Of a stretch of DNA of 64,000 nucleotides, positions 44,378 through 56,017 are shown one piece after another. The notes under the pieces are model-generated. The model was not told the origin of the DNA, ran no database searches, and worked only from the letters and a program-made list of their open reading frames with translations. The stretch comes from Christensenellales bacterium. GTDB lineage: Bacteria > Bacillota > Clostridia > Christensenellales > UBA1431. The position numbers and the translations under genes are program-made. The first letter of the stretch is position 1, and each line of letters starts with the position of its first letter. The stretch covers positions 23,506 to 87,505 of the forward strand of contig JAXGQA010000001.1 in the NCBI GenBank assembly GCA_040766645.1, written 5' to 3'.

Positions 44378-46146
44378 TAGTCCAACCCTCCTTGCGCCAT
44401 CAGCGAGCTTATCTCGCTGTCCATCTGCCTTGCCACCTCTTCATAACGGGCGGCCATGGCGTCCTCGGGCGTATATTTGATGCGGCCTATCGCCTCGCGC
44501 ACCGGCAGGTTGATTATTTTGGAATACTCCGCGCCGTTCTCCAGCGCCTGCTGTCCTTTGTTGTTGAAGCTCAGTATCAGCTTGAGCATCATGCGCTGCT
44601 TGGCCGGGGAAGTGTACGTGTCCACCTCATGGAACGCGTTCTGGTGCAAATAGTCCTCGCGGATGGAGCGGGCGGCTTCCAGCGTCAGCCTGTCCTTGAA
44701 GCTCAGCGCGTCCTGGCCGACCAGGCGCACGATCTCCTCCAGCTCGGATTCCTCCTGCAGTATGGCCATGGTCTGGGCGCGCATCTCGTTCCATTCTTCC
44801 GAAACGTTGTCGGCGAACCAGTCGGCCAGCCTGTCCGAGTACAGCGAGTAGCTCTGGAGCCAGTCGATGGCCGGGAAGTGGCGCCGGTAAGCCAGCGAAG
44901 CGCTCAGCCCCCAGAACACCTTGACGATACGCAACGTGGCCTGTGAAACCGGCTCGGAGATGTCGCCGCCAGGCGGGGAGACCGCGCCGATGGCCGATAT
45001 GGCGCCCTGGCGGTCGTCGTTGCCCGCGCAGACCACCCAGCCCGCACGCTCGTAGAAGTCGGCCATGCGGCTGGCCAGGTACGCGGGATAGCCTTCCTCG
45101 CCGGGCATCTCCTCGAGGCGCCCGGACATCTCGCGCAGAGCCTCGGCCCAGCGGGAGGTGGAGTCGGCCATGATGGCGACCTTGTAGCCCATGTCCCTGA
45201 AATATTCCGCTATGGTGATGCCGGTATAGATGGACGCCTCACGCGCGGCCACCGGCATGTCGGACGTGTTGGCGATGAGCACCGTTCTCTTCATCAGCGG
45301 CTGGCCCGTGCGCGGGTCGCTCAGCTCGGGGAACTCCATCAGCACGTCGGTCATCTCGTTGCCGCGCTCGCCGCAGCCCACGTATACGATGATGTCCGCA
45401 TCGGCCCATTTGGCAAGCTGGTGCTGCACGACCGTCTTGCCCGAGCCGAACGGCCCGGGGACCGCGGCCACGCCGCCCTTTGCCACCGGAAACAGCGTGT
45501 CGATGACGCGCTGGCCTGTGAGCATGGGCTCGGTCGGCGCCAGCTTTTCCTTATACGGCCGCGCAATACGCACCGGCCAGCGCTGGAGCATGGCGATATC
45601 TATCTCCTCGCCGGCCGCGCTGACTACCTTGGCCACAGGCTCGTCGATGGTGGCCTCGCCGGACAGTATCCAAGTCAGGCGGCCGGATACCCCGGGCGGC
45701 ACCATTATCCTGTGCTCGACCACGATGGTCTCCTGCACCGTGCCCAGTATGTCGCCGCCGGTCACTTCGGCACCGATGCTGGCAACGGGCGTGAACTCCC
45801 ACTTCTTCTGATGGTCCAGCGCGCTTATCTCCACGCCGCGGGTGATGCGGTCGCCCACGGAGTCGCGGATCTTGTCCAGCGGGCGCTGGATGCCGTCGAA
45901 AATCGATTCGATGAGGCCGGGAGCAAGCTCCACCGACAGCGGCATGCCCGTCGTTTCGACCGGTTCGCCCGGCCCGAGGCCCGCCGTCTCCTCATACACC
46001 TGTATGGAGGCCATGTCGCCCCGCAATTCTATTATTTCGCCGATAAGGCGCTTGTCGCTTACCCTGACCACGTCGTAGATCTTGCTGTCTTTCATGCCGC
46101 TCGCAACGATCAGTGGCCCGGATACTTTGACAATCGTACCCTGCAT
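44377..46146 (-). CDS. ntpA: V-type ATP synthase catalytic subunit A
   Basis: 589 aa with Walker A GPFGSGKT and the segments GCGERGNEM and [27 protein letters not shown]. Confidence 0.95.
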   Translation of the reverse strand: MQGTIVKVSGPLIVASGMKDSKIYDVVRVSDKRLIGEIIELRGDMASIQVYEETAGLGPGEPVETTGMPLSVELAPGLIESIFDGIQRPLDKIRDSVGDRITRGVEISALDHQKKWEFTPVASIGAEVTGGDILGTVQETIVVEHRIMVPPGVSGRLTWILSGEATIDEPVAKVVSAAGEEIDIAMLQRWPVRIARPYKEKLAPTEPMLTGQRVIDTLFPVAKGGVAAVPGPFGSGKTVVQHQLAKWADADIIVYVGCGERGNEMTDVLMEFPELSDPRTGQPLMKRTVLIANTSDMPVAAREASIYTGITIAEYFRDMGYKVAIMADSTSRWAEALREMSGRLEEMPGEEGYPAYLASRMADFYERAGWVVCAGNDDRQGAISAIGAVSPPGGDISEPVSQATLRIVKVFWGLSASLAYRRHFPAIDWLQSYSLYSDRLADWFADNVSEEWNEMRAQTMAILQEESELEEIVRLVGQDALSFKDRLTLEAARSIREDYLHQNAFHEVDTYTSPAKQRMMLKLILSFNNKGQQALENGAEYSKIINLPVREAIGRIKYTPEDAMAARYEEVARQMDSEISSLMAQGGLD

Positions 46147-46206
46147 GAACTATCTACCTCATTTCTTGCTCAAACTTGTTGACCGTTCCGCACGGCTCGG
46201 GCGCGG

Positions 46207-46527
46207 TCAGTCTCCGCCGAAGAGTATGTCGGCACCGATGGCCTTCTCCACGTTCGCGCGGACGCCCCGGAGCCCGAAGCCCGTCGTCCCCGCGTTGTTG
46301 GGGATGGGGATGATGGCCGGGAACGGAGAGGTCTTGTATCTTTCGAGGGTCTCGGAAACCCGCTCCGCTATCTGCTCGGTGATGAATATGACCGAATACG
46401 ACTCCTTTACCAGCCGGTGTATCACGCCGACCGCCTGTTCCGGTTCGTTGACGGGGTACACCGAAAGGCCGATTGCCTTGAAGCCCAGTATGGAGTCCTT
46501 GTCGCCTATTACAGCTATCTTAGACAT
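46207..46527 (-). CDS. V-type ATP synthase subunit F
   Basis: Starts at ATG 46527 with MSKIAVIGDKDSILGFKAIGLSVYPV. Confidence 0.85.
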   Translation of the reverse strand: MSKIAVIGDKDSILGFKAIGLSVYPVNEPEQAVGVIHRLVKESYSVIFITEQIAERVSETLERYKTSPFPAIIPIPNNAGTTGFGLRGVRANVEKAIGADILFGGD

Positions 46528-47539
46528 ACAGCTCACGCAACCTTTCCCGCACCACGTCGCCGGCGATCCCGTTCAGCTTGGCGGTCATGACCAGCCGCAC
46601 CGCCCTGGCCTCCTGTTCCCGGGCCAGCAGGTAGCCGATGATAGGCTCAATGCCGAAGTTGTTGTGCTTGTGTGCCCGCACGAGGCCCAGCAGGAAATCG
46701 TCGCGCATGCGCTCCATCTGCACGGTGGACCCGGTCTTCTGGTATTCGTCGACGCCCCGTGCAATAGCGCTTGCAGCCGGACCCTCGGCGATAAGCCGGG
46801 CAACGGAGTCCAACTGCTGGTCGAACGCTTCGAGCAGCTTCCCCCGCGGAATGTTGGCCTGCGGCATCAGCAGCGCGGCGAACTCTTCGCGCGACAGCTT
46901 TGCGCTGCGCGCGCGCAGGAGCGTTATGACGTTTGCAAAGTCGCTCTGCGCCTCGAAATAGTCCCTGAGGAACGGCACCCTCTTGAGCCTTTTCGCAAAT
47001 TCGGGTGTGCGCAGCACCCCGAAAATATATTGGAACATGGCCTGGTCCACAAAGGTGTCCAACGCCTGAGGATTGATGCGCCCGGTCAGCTTCTGGTCCA
47101 ACGCTTCCAGCGTTTCGGCCAGGTGCTCGGGGAGCGACCGGTAATCCCGGTCACGCACCGCCGCCTTGATTTTTTCAATGGGCTCGGCGCCCACCATAAA
47201 CAGCTGCCCATCGTCGTCCACTCCCAACAGGCGGTTTTTGACGAGCGCCTTGATGTTGTGGTAATCAAACTGCACGAGGAAAAGGTCGGTCAGCTCCTTG
47301 TCCGGCGTGATCTCGTATACGAATTCGTACGCCTTCCTGAGCTCCTCGTCTATAAGCTGCTGAAAATCAAACGCGCTATGGACTTCCTTGTTTCCGCCAT
47401 ATCCCACTTCCAGCAAGGCTTTAAGCGCCTCGTCCGCAGTCTTCGCTTCGTCTATCCGGCCGATGCGTTCCATGGTCAGCAGCTTGGTCTGCACCACGCC
47501 CAGACGCGCGTTGGCATAGATATAGCTGGGTTGTGGCAT
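46520..47539 (-). CDS. ntpC: V-type ATP synthase subunit C (d-type)
   Basis: 339 aa. The position between E and F and the N-terminus YIYANARLGVVQTKLL fit the family. Confidence 0.85.
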   Translation of the reverse strand: MPQPSYIYANARLGVVQTKLLTMERIGRIDEAKTADEALKALLEVGYGGNKEVHSAFDFQQLIDEELRKAYEFVYEITPDKELTDLFLVQFDYHNIKALVKNRLLGVDDDGQLFMVGAEPIEKIKAAVRDRDYRSLPEHLAETLEALDQKLTGRINPQALDTFVDQAMFQYIFGVLRTPEFAKRLKRVPFLRDYFEAQSDFANVITLLRARSAKLSREEFAALLMPQANIPRGKLLEAFDQQLDSVARLIAEGPAASAIARGVDEYQKTGSTVQMERMRDDFLLGLVRAHKHNNFGIEPIIGYLLAREQEARAVRLVMTAKLNGIAGDVVRERLRELYV

Positions 47540-47554
47540 AGGATAACCTCCATC

Positions 47555-48160
47555 TTATTGAAAGAGTATGGCGGCCACCTGGGGCTCCGCCTCCTCCCGC
47601 ACCATGCGCAGCAGCGCCTCGAAGGAGCAGTTGCGCTCCATCGTCGCGCTGCGCAGCACGAACCCGCCGGTGATGCCGACGCGTTCGGCGCCAAGGCGAA
47701 CGCCGCCCTTTCCCGCCTGTGCGAGCTTTTGGTTCACGCCGGCGATGAATTCCTCGGAAAACACCGCCTCATCCTTCTGCGCAAACAGGACTTCGTCGCC
47801 ATCCTGCGCGTTTTCCAGCAGCAGCCGCTCGACCAGCGCCCTGTACGGCCCGATCTCCAGCGCGCGAAGCGCCTCTCCCGCCGAAGCGAACGCCTCCTCT
47901 ATAACCTGCTGTTTGCAGGACAGGATATGCTTGCGGCCGTCCAGTTCGGCGACCGACATCATGCGGCGTTTGATTTCGCCGGCTTCCTTTTCGCTTTTCT
48001 CGAGCAGGGCAGCCGCTTCCTTTTCGGCGCTGATCACGGCCTGCGCTATAAGCGCCTCCGCTTCGGCCTGCGCTTTCGCGGCGGTCTCGTCCGCCGCTTT
48101 GCGGGCATCGTCCAGAATCTTTTCGATTATCTTGTCGGCTCCGCTCATACTATTACGCAC
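47555..48160 (-). CDS. ntpE: V-type ATP synthase subunit E
   Basis: About 197-201 aa with an Ala/Glu/Lys-rich helical N-terminus (KIIEKILDDARKAADETAAKAQAEAEALI). Confidence 0.85.
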   Translation of the reverse strand: MRNSMSGADKIIEKILDDARKAADETAAKAQAEAEALIAQAVISAEKEAAALLEKSEKEAGEIKRRMMSVAELDGRKHILSCKQQVIEEAFASAGEALRALEIGPYRALVERLLLENAQDGDEVLFAQKDEAVFSEEFIAGVNQKLAQAGKGGVRLGAERVGITGGFVLRSATMERNCSFEALLRMVREEAEPQVAAILFQ

Positions 48161-48179
48161 TCCATTTATTTTTTTCGCT

Positions 48180-48659
<480 letters not shown>

Positions 48660-48690
48660 TTAGTCCTCCTTGGTAATAATAATGAATAAG

Positions 48691-50625
48691 TTATACCTTA
48701 ACCTTTTCGCCTACCCGCAGGTAGCGGGTACTGCATCCCAGAGGTTTGAACTTCCTGCCGCCGCTCTCGTAGAATTTGCCGAAGTATTCGATGTACTGGA
48801 GGCGGCACGAGTGTACGAACGCGCCCAGCGTGTTGATGCCCATGTTGAACACATGCCCCACCAGCAGCACGACGACCATGAACACATATCCGACAATGGT
48901 GCCGGCCAGCATCCCGCCGAGGGTGTTGAACACCAGCGCGATAACGCTGGTCGCAAGGCCCAGCGCGAACAGACGCGCGTAGGACAGCACGTCCGAGAAA
49001 TAAGAGGTTATGCCGTAGAGCGCACCCAGACCACTCGTGAGCTTTTTGAGTATGTTCTTCTTGTGGCGTCCGGCGGTTAAAAGGATGCCTGCTGCGCCCA
49101 CCAGCGACATAATGGTCCCGACCGTGGACGTCGCGGGCAAAAGCAGCATGGGCAACCCCACAATAAGGACGATCCAGAGGACCTGGTCGCAGATGGCGTC
49201 AACGTATTGCTTCCGTTTAATATCGATATAAACCTTGACCAGCATGCCGGTGATGATATGGATAAAACCAAGCCCAAAGCACAGGCCCAGCATCAGCAGG
49301 GGTTCCTCCATGGGGTTGAACAGCACGGCCTTCACATCAAGCCCCAGCACGCCGCCCAGCAACACGCCCCAGATGGCGGTGAACAATCCGCCCCAGGCAA
49401 GTATCCTGAGCATCTTTCCCATCGTGCCCGCAGGCTTGCGCCAGCGGTATATCAAAATGCTGATAATGGACAGCATTACGCCGTATACCGCGTCGCCGAT
49501 CATCATCCCAAAATACAACACGAAGAAAAAGCCCATCAGCGGCGAGGGATCAACCACGCCGGTGGGGGACGGGGGCGAATACATGTCGGTGACGGCCTCG
49601 AACGGCTCAAACAGCTTCTTGTTGCGCACGGCCGAAGGGATAACGTCGCCCTCCTCCGGGTCCGCGAACTGTATAAAATAATTGTTGGTGATTTCAGAAA
49701 GCTCTTTTTCCAGTATTTCGGTGTGGTCGGCCATGACCCAGCCGTTCAGCGCGAATGTCGAACCCGTCCGGGCCAGCTGCCCGTTCACCGCCAGGCGGTC
49801 CAGCACGGAGGCGTAGTAGTCGCGCGCGTGCTGGAGCGTATGCAGCCCCTTGCTGAGCTCGGTTGCTTCTTCCGCAGTGGTTTCGGTTTTGTGGTCCAGC
49901 TCCTTTTCTTCCTGCTCGTACGCAGCCAGAATGCCCGCCGGATAGCCGGTCAGTCCCTCGAGGCCCGCCTCGCTCCATCCGGCTTCCTTGAGTATATCCA
50001 GCGTTTCCGCAAGGGAATCCTTATGCACAAGGATGGCCAGCGCGATCTTCTCCTTGTCCTCGGAAACCTTATCTATCGCCGCAAAACAGCCCAATTCCTC
50101 CAGACGCGCGTATATGTCCGGCCCTTCGGAGCTGTTGGCCACCAGCCCGAGCGCCATATACGCGTGCCGCGTTTCTTGGACTTCTTCCAGCCGCGCCTTC
50201 AGGCCGACCCATGGCTGTATCTGCGCCTTGAGGTTCTGCAGGCGAATACGCCGCGAACGTATCTCCACCAGCCTGTTCTCCAGCTCTTTTGCGCTCTTGC
50301 TGATTTTTTCGGCCGGCTCGAGCTCGGACTGCATCTCGATTAGCTCCTGATAGGTGAAAACGGGCTTTTGCTCCAAAAACCCTTTCTTTTCGGTGGAATA
50401 CGCCGAAAGGAATCTGATGGAGGCGTCCATCTCGGCCAGCCTCGCTTCCAGCCTGCTCTGGGATTCGTCCGGGTTCATCGGCACCAACAGATTGAGCGCT
50501 TCTTCGTCCGCCGGCTCAGCGTCCCGTATCTCCACCATGCTCAGGCGCTGAAGCTTTTGCAGTATGGCTTCCCTGTCTTCGAGCAGGGCAAGCAGATGGA
50601 CTTTTTTCATCGGTACAAGCGCCAT
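48691..50625 (-). CDS. ntpI: V-type ATP synthase subunit I (a-type)
   Basis: 644 aa with a soluble N-terminal half and a polytopic C-terminal half containing SYARLFALGLAT. Confidence 0.92.
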   Translation of the reverse strand: MALVPMKKVHLLALLEDREAILQKLQRLSMVEIRDAEPADEEALNLLVPMNPDESQSRLEARLAEMDASIRFLSAYSTEKKGFLEQKPVFTYQELIEMQSELEPAEKISKSAKELENRLVEIRSRRIRLQNLKAQIQPWVGLKARLEEVQETRHAYMALGLVANSSEGPDIYARLEELGCFAAIDKVSEDKEKIALAILVHKDSLAETLDILKEAGWSEAGLEGLTGYPAGILAAYEQEEKELDHKTETTAEEATELSKGLHTLQHARDYYASVLDRLAVNGQLARTGSTFALNGWVMADHTEILEKELSEITNNYFIQFADPEEGDVIPSAVRNKKLFEPFEAVTDMYSPPSPTGVVDPSPLMGFFFVLYFGMMIGDAVYGVMLSIISILIYRWRKPAGTMGKMLRILAWGGLFTAIWGVLLGGVLGLDVKAVLFNPMEEPLLMLGLCFGLGFIHIITGMLVKVYIDIKRKQYVDAICDQVLWIVLIVGLPMLLLPATSTVGTIMSLVGAAGILLTAGRHKKNILKKLTSGLGALYGITSYFSDVLSYARLFALGLATSVIALVFNTLGGMLAGTIVGYVFMVVVLLVGHVFNMGINTLGAFVHSCRLQYIEYFGKFYESGGRKFKPLGCSTRYLRVGEKVKV

Positions 50626-50626
50626 A

Positions 50627-50938
50627 CTATTTCACGATCCTTCCGATGATGTAATCCCGCGCCTCGTTAAGATGCAGCCTTGCGGCTGCTTTCAGCGCCT
50701 CGCCCTCCGAGCGGTTGGATTCCATGAACCCGGCGACCTCGGCCGCGGCCTCGGCGCGCGCCGTCTCCAGCCTTGCCTGGATTTTTTCACGGGTCCGGGC
50801 GTGTTCGGCGGCCGCAGCGGCTTCCGCCTTTGCCTGCGCTTCCGCGGCGATCTCTTTTGCACGCAGGCGTGCGTTTCTGAGAAGCTCGTCGGCGCTTTGT
50901 TCGGCGTCGCGCACTGCTTTGATAACTTCGCTGTTCAA
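50627..50938 (-). CDS. V-type ATP synthase subunit G/H-like peripheral stalk protein
   Basis: 103 aa. It is the first gene of the operon and is an Ala/Glu-rich helix (AVRDAEQSADELLRNARLRAKEIAAEAQAKAEAA). Confidence 0.7.
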   Translation of the reverse strand: MNSEVIKAVRDAEQSADELLRNARLRAKEIAAEAQAKAEAAAAAEHARTREKIQARLETARAEAAAEVAGFMESNRSEGEALKAAARLHLNEARDYIIGRIVK

Positions 50939-51104
50939 ACTTGCTCTCCCTCCTTACACACGCTTTAATATTTTGAATTTATATTAATTCTTACCCATCC
51001 GCCCCAATAAAAAAGCATAAAGCAACACTATTGCTGCAGGCAGCACCGCCTGCGGCTTTCCGTCGATGCTGATATTTTTCCGGGCGGAAAACCTAAAGAC
51101 CTTT

Positions 51105-51542
51105 TCAGTCTTCAATCGCCATCATTTTATTTATGCGGGTCTGGTGCCTGCCGCCCTCGAACGACGCGCCCAGGAAGGCGTCGACAATATCCAGCGCAAG
51201 CCCCGGGCCCACGACCCGGCCGCCCAGGGCCAGTATATTGGCGTCGTTATGCTCGCGCGTCGCATGGGCGGAGAAGGTGTCCGAGCAGAGCGCGCAGCGG
51301 ATCCCCTTGACCTTGTTCGCGGAGATGGAGATGCCGATACCCGTGCCGCATATCAGGATGCCGTAATCGAACTCGTCGCTCAGCACGGCTTTGGCTACGG
51401 GAAGCGCAACGTCGGGATAATCCACGGAGTCCATGCTGTAACAGCCGAAATCCTTATAATCAATGTTCTTGCTTTCCAGATGCTTCATTACGCTTTGCTT
51501 CAGTTCATACCCGCCGTGGTCGCTCCCAATCGCTATGCGCAT
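51105..51542 (-). CDS. rpiB: ribose-5-phosphate isomerase B
   Basis: Starts at ATG 51542 with MRIAIGSDHGGYELKQ...ILICGTGIGISISANK...REHNDANILALG. Confidence 0.93.
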   Translation of the reverse strand: MRIAIGSDHGGYELKQSVMKHLESKNIDYKDFGCYSMDSVDYPDVALPVAKAVLSDEFDYGILICGTGIGISISANKVKGIRCALCSDTFSAHATREHNDANILALGGRVVGPGLALDIVDAFLGASFEGGRHQTRINKMMAIED

Positions 51543-51691
51543 GCTTATCCCCTTTCGACGGAAGATGCCAGTCTCCCCCATTTTTCTTATTCTTTATTAT
51601 AAACCATTTTATACGTTTTGCAATGCGGAATTTTTAACAAAATGAATTATTCCTGATATGGATAAGTCCGGTTTTTCTCGCCAGGCAGGCG

Positions 51692-52198
51692 TTATCTGCC
51701 CGAAGGGCCGCCTTTTGGGTCCAACTCGGCGCAGAGCCGCGGGAGCGACGCCGCCAAAAGCGCCTGTAGCTCGGTCGCGCAGTCCATGTACTCCTCCTGC
51801 GTGCCGCCGTACGGGTCGCGTACGTCAAGGTCCGCACCGGAAGATTTGGGGCTCCCGGCAGCGTAACCTTTGAGCGTGTGTATCTTTTTTCTGTCCGCAA
51901 GCCCGCGCGCGACGGCCTCTTCGACATGCCGGGCCTCCATGGCCAGGATAAGGTCCGCCTCCGCGCAAAGTTCCCGGGTCAGCGCGGTCGCCCGGTGGCC
52001 CTCCAGCGAAAGCCCGAATTTGCGCATGGCCGCGCGGCTGTGGGGGGACGCCTCCATCCCGTCCAGCGCGCGTATCCCCGCCGAGCGGACGCGGATGTCC
52101 TCCCTGCCCGCGTCCTCGAGCAGCTTTTTCAGGATCGCTTCAGCCATTGGGCTGCGGCACGTGTTGCCCGTGCAGATCAGGCACACTGTTCTTTGCAT
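51692..52198 (-). CDS. low-molecular-weight protein phosphatase (YwlE-like arginine/tyrosine phosphatase)
   Basis: Starts at ATG 52198. It has the P-loop CTGNTCRSPMAE and the DP loop DVRDPYGG. Confidence 0.85.
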   Translation of the reverse strand: MQRTVCLICTGNTCRSPMAEAILKKLLEDAGREDIRVRSAGIRALDGMEASPHSRAAMRKFGLSLEGHRATALTRELCAEADLILAMEARHVEEAVARGLADRKKIHTLKGYAAGSPKSSGADLDVRDPYGGTQEEYMDCATELQALLAASLPRLCAELDPKGGPSGR

Positions 52199-52212
52199 TT
52201 TCAGACCTCCCA

Positions 52213-53223
52213 TTAAAGGCCGTCCACGTTTTCCACGGCAAAGCCGGCCGCGCGCAGCGCCCGGTCCAACAGCGCGAGGCACAATCCCCGGTCGTCAAAT
52301 CCCAGAAGCAGTATGTGCGTGCGGTCGCGCTCGCTGTCCAGCAGGATGGAGTAAAACCGCGCGGCAAAGTCGTCCGCGTCCCTGACCCTCTGGGCGTCCA
52401 TACCCTTGAATTCCCCGGTACCCACCAGCAGCGGCCTGTGCCCGGCGGCGCGGAGCCTCGCGTAGTCTTGCGCCATGCGCGCGTGCACCGCCGGCTCGCC
52501 GCCGCGGTACACGATGACACGGCTTTCGGGCGCGTAATGCCGATGCAGAAGGCCGGGCGACGCGGCTTTTGCGCCCTCGGGCAGCGGCGCCATCACCCCC
52601 GGCGATACCCGCACCCCGCCCGCCGCCGCCGTTATCGCCTCCGGCGTGACGTGCCCGGGCCGCAATAGGACCGGCACCTCGCCGGTGACGTCCAGCACTG
52701 TGGACTCCAGCCCCTTTTTGCAGGGGCCGCCGTCCAGCACCAGTGGTATCCGGCCGTCCAGGTCGCGGGCCACATGCCCGGCGCGGGTAGGGCTTGGCCG
52801 CCCCGAACGGTTGGCGCTGGGCGCGGCAATGGGTCCCGCCCCCGCGATGAGGCCCAGCGCGCACGGATGCGCGGGCATGCGCAGCGCGACGGTGTTAAGC
52901 CCCGTGGTCACGGCATCTGGGACCGCCGGCGCACGCCGGACCACCAGCGTGAGCGGTCCGGGCCAGAACATTTTCGCGAGCGCGTCGGCCAGCGGCGTCC
53001 AGTCCCCGGCCAGCGCCCGCGCGGCGCCGATGCTGTCCACGTGGACGATAAGCGGGTTGTCGGCCGGGCGGCCCTTTGCCTCGAATATGCGCCGCACGGC
53101 CGGCTCGGAATCGTATCGCGCGCCCAGCCCGTACACCGTTTCGGTCGGGAAGGCCACCGTTTCCCCGCCCCGGATTCGCCGCACGGCTTCCTCCAGCGCG
53201 CCCGCCGCGTCCCACTTGAGCAC
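52213..53223 (-). CDS. tsaC: L-threonylcarbamoyladenylate synthase (Sua5/YwlC long form)
   Basis: The YrdC domain has VAFPTETVYGLGA and KGRPADNPLIVHV. A C-terminal Sua5 domain follows. Confidence 0.9.
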   Translation of the reverse strand: MLKWDAAGALEEAVRRIRGGETVAFPTETVYGLGARYDSEPAVRRIFEAKGRPADNPLIVHVDSIGAARALAGDWTPLADALAKMFWPGPLTLVVRRAPAVPDAVTTGLNTVALRMPAHPCALGLIAGAGPIAAPSANRSGRPSPTRAGHVARDLDGRIPLVLDGGPCKKGLESTVLDVTGEVPVLLRPGHVTPEAITAAAGGVRVSPGVMAPLPEGAKAASPGLLHRHYAPESRVIVYRGGEPAVHARMAQDYARLRAAGHRPLLVGTGEFKGMDAQRVRDADDFAARFYSILLDSERDRTHILLLGFDDRGLCLALLDRALRAAGFAVENVDGL

Positions 53224-53268
53224 GCGCGTCTTTATCTCTTTCAGCGTAAACGTTCTCCTCTCGCCAAT

Positions 53269-54009
53269 CTACACCGCGACGATGACGGTCAGCGCCAGCG
53301 CCAGTCCAGCCGCGAACGCCGGCACCATCACCCGCAGCCGCCCGTCCAGCGCGCAGGCGACGGGCAGAAGCTCCAGCGCGGTGATGAGCAGCATGGCGCC
53401 GCCCGCAAAGGCGATGCTCCCCTCCATAAAGGTCTCGGATATCTCCCCGATCCAGTAGCCGGCGGCCGCGCCCAGCCCGGTAGGCAGGCCCACCGCCACG
53501 CACGCGCCGATGCCCTTCCATGCGCTCAGCTCCCCGGCGCGAAAGCCCACCCCCGCGGCCATGCCCTCCGGAATGTCGTGCAGGAGCATGAGCAGAATAA
53601 GAGTCACGGTATAGTCCGAGGCCACCGACATGCCGGTGCCGATGGCAAGCCCTTCGGGCAGGTTGTGCATCGCGATGGCGCTTATCACCATCAGGGACGT
53701 GCGGTGGAGCCTGACGCTGATGTCCTCCGCCCGCGCAGCGCGCGGGGAGCGCAGGGTCCGGGACAGTAGCCACACGAACAAGCCGCTGAATAAAAGTCCC
53801 AGCATGCCGGGTCCCGGCGTCGGCCCCGAAAACGCCTCGGGCAGCATGCTTAGCAGCACCATACCCGTCATGACGCCGCCCGAGAACATCATTATGCCCG
53901 ACTGCATCGCCCTTTTCATGCCGGGCATGGCGTAGCAAATCGCCCCGCCCAGCCCCGTGCCGGCCGCGCCCAGCAGCGTCCCCGCCGCGATGGACGTCAT
54001 CATCCCCAT
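53269..54009 (-). CDS. ZIP-family metal transporter
   Basis: 246 aa, polytopic, with HNLPEGLAIG and HDIPEGMAAG motifs. Confidence 0.88.
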   Translation of the reverse strand: MGMMTSIAAGTLLGAAGTGLGGAICYAMPGMKRAMQSGIMMFSGGVMTGMVLLSMLPEAFSGPTPGPGMLGLLFSGLFVWLLSRTLRSPRAARAEDISVRLHRTSLMVISAIAMHNLPEGLAIGTGMSVASDYTVTLILLMLLHDIPEGMAAGVGFRAGELSAWKGIGACVAVGLPTGLGAAAGYWIGEISETFMEGSIAFAGGAMLLITALELLPVACALDGRLRVMVPAFAAGLALALTVIVAV

Positions 54010-54075
54010 CCCGTCACCGTCCCGCCGGCCCCTGCCGTTTTACACAACATATGCCGACGGGACGGGATTCATCCG

Positions 54076-55143
54076 TCAGGCATCCGCATTGGCCAGCAGC
54101 CGCGCGCGCTCCTCAAGTATCAGGGCGTCCACCATCTCATCCAAATCGCCCTGCATGAAAGCGTCCAGCTTATAGAGCGTCAGCCCTATCCTGTGGTCGG
54201 TCACGCGCCCCTGGGGGAAGTTGTAGGTGCGTATGCGCTCAGAGCGGTCCCCCGACCCCACCTGGCTCCTGCGCTCCTGCGCCAGCTCGCTGTCCTGCTG
54301 CGATCGCATCAGTTCCAGAAGCCGGCTCTTCAACACGCGCATGGCCTTTTCCTTGTTTTTCAGCTGGGATTTTTCGTCCTGGCAGGTTACCACCAGCCCG
54401 GTGGGCAGGTGGGTGATGCGCACGGCCGAGTCGGTGGTGTTCACGCTCTGCCCGCCGTGACCGCCGCTGCGGTACACGTCCACGCGTAAATCGTTGGGGC
54501 CGATGTCCACCTCCACGTCCTCGGCCTCGGGCAGCACGGCCACCGTGGCTGCCGACGTGTGCACGCGCCCCTGCGACTCGGTCTCAGGCACGCGCTGGAC
54601 GCGGTGTACGCCGCTCTCGAACTTGAACCGCAAAAAGGCTCCGGCCCCGGTGACGCTCATCACCACTTCCTTCACGCCGCCGATGTCGGTCAGCGACGTG
54701 GAGAGCATCTCGGTCTTGTAGCCCCTGCGCTCGGCGTAGCGCATATACATGCGCATCAGATCCGCGCCGAACAGCGCCGCCTCGTCGCCGCCGGTGCCCG
54801 CGCGTATCTCCAGTATCACGTTTTTGTCGTCCCTCGGGTCCCGGGGCACCAGCAGGAGCCTGAGCGCCTGTTCGGACGCCTCCAGTGCGCGCTGCACTTC
54901 GGGTAGTTCCTCAGCCGCGATGCCCTTGAGCTCCTCGTCCCCACCCTCCAGGATGGATATGAGTTCCTGCGCCTGCTGAAAAAGGCTTTGGTAGTTTTCG
55001 TATTCGCTGACGATCTCTCCCAAAGCCGCGTGTTTTTTCAATGTTTCGGTGTAGCGCGCCATGTCCCCGACCACCGCGGGGTCGGCGAGGCTCTCGCTCA
55101 GCTCGTCGTATCGCGCCTTGATGCCTTCCAGTTTCTCCCGCAT
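54076..55143 (-). CDS. prfA: peptide chain release factor 1
   Basis: Starts at ATG 55143. It has [17 protein letters not shown] and the GGQ motif [20 protein letters not shown]. Confidence 0.95.
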   Translation of the reverse strand: MREKLEGIKARYDELSESLADPAVVGDMARYTETLKKHAALGEIVSEYENYQSLFQQAQELISILEGGDEELKGIAAEELPEVQRALEASEQALRLLLVPRDPRDDKNVILEIRAGTGGDEAALFGADLMRMYMRYAERRGYKTEMLSTSLTDIGGVKEVVMSVTGAGAFLRFKFESGVHRVQRVPETESQGRVHTSAATVAVLPEAEDVEVDIGPNDLRVDVYRSGGHGGQSVNTTDSAVRITHLPTGLVVTCQDEKSQLKNKEKAMRVLKSRLLELMRSQQDSELAQERRSQVGSGDRSERIRTYNFPQGRVTDHRIGLTLYKLDAFMQGDLDEMVDALILEERARLLANADA

Positions 55144-55154
55144 ATCCTGTCCTT

Positions 55155-56017
55155 TCACACAGCTCTGTACCGGCCGCTGACCACGCGGGGCCGCCCGCCG
55201 GAGTCGCACGCCACGCAGACCGTATTAAATCCGTTGCGCATCATCATTTCGGCCACGTCGCCGGTCTGGTCCCAGCCCGTTTCCAACACCAGTGCGCCAT
55301 CGGGATTCAGGTGCCTCCCCGCCTCCGCGACGATGCGGCGGTAATAGAAAAGCCCGTCCTTCCCGCCGCGCAGCGCCAGCGCTGGCTCAAAGTCCTTTAC
55401 GTCGCGGGGCAGCGCGTCCATCGCGGCGTCGCTTATATAGGGCGGGTTGCTCACGATAGCGTCGAACCGCCGGCCCGCGACGGGGTTGAACAGGTCCCCG
55501 CATACGCAGCGCACGCGCTCATGCACCCTGTTATGGGCCGCGTTTTGCGGGTCACCTCCAGGCAGCAGGGCGATATGTCCACCGCGGTTATCTCCGCTTC
55601 GGGCTTGAGATGCGCGATGGCGATGCCCACGGCGCCCGAGCCGCAGCACAGGTCCAGCACGCTGCAGCGCTTCTGCCGGACAAGGCAGGCAAGCGCCTCC
55701 TGAACCAGCGTTTCGGTGTCCTGCCGCGGCATCAGGACGTTTTCGTCCACCGCGAACCACAGCCCCATGAAACACTCTTTCCCCAGTATATACGCAAGCG
55801 GCTTGCCCGCCGCGCGTTCCTCTATCCGCTGCCAGAAGAGCCGGAGCTCGTCCGGCGCCATATCTTCTGTGCCGTCCCGCAACAGCCCGGCCATATCCGT
55901 GCCCAGCACGTCCAGCAGTATGAATCGCGCCTCGTTCCGCGCGTTATGAATCCCCTTTTCTTCCAGCCATTGCCCTGCCCTGGACAGGGCGCCGAGAGGC
56001 GTTATGGTATCCGTCAC
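55155..56017 (-). pseudogene. prmC: release-factor glutamine methyltransferase PrmC, frameshifted as sequenced
   Basis: GTG 56017 overlaps the upstream stop as GTGA. The sequence runs ...VLDLCCGSGAVGIAIA...ITAVDISP..LEVTRK, then NAAHNRV...DAIVSNPPYI... in the next frame. The frames join if the T4 run at 55543-55546 (A4 on the coding strand) were 5. Confidence 0.85.
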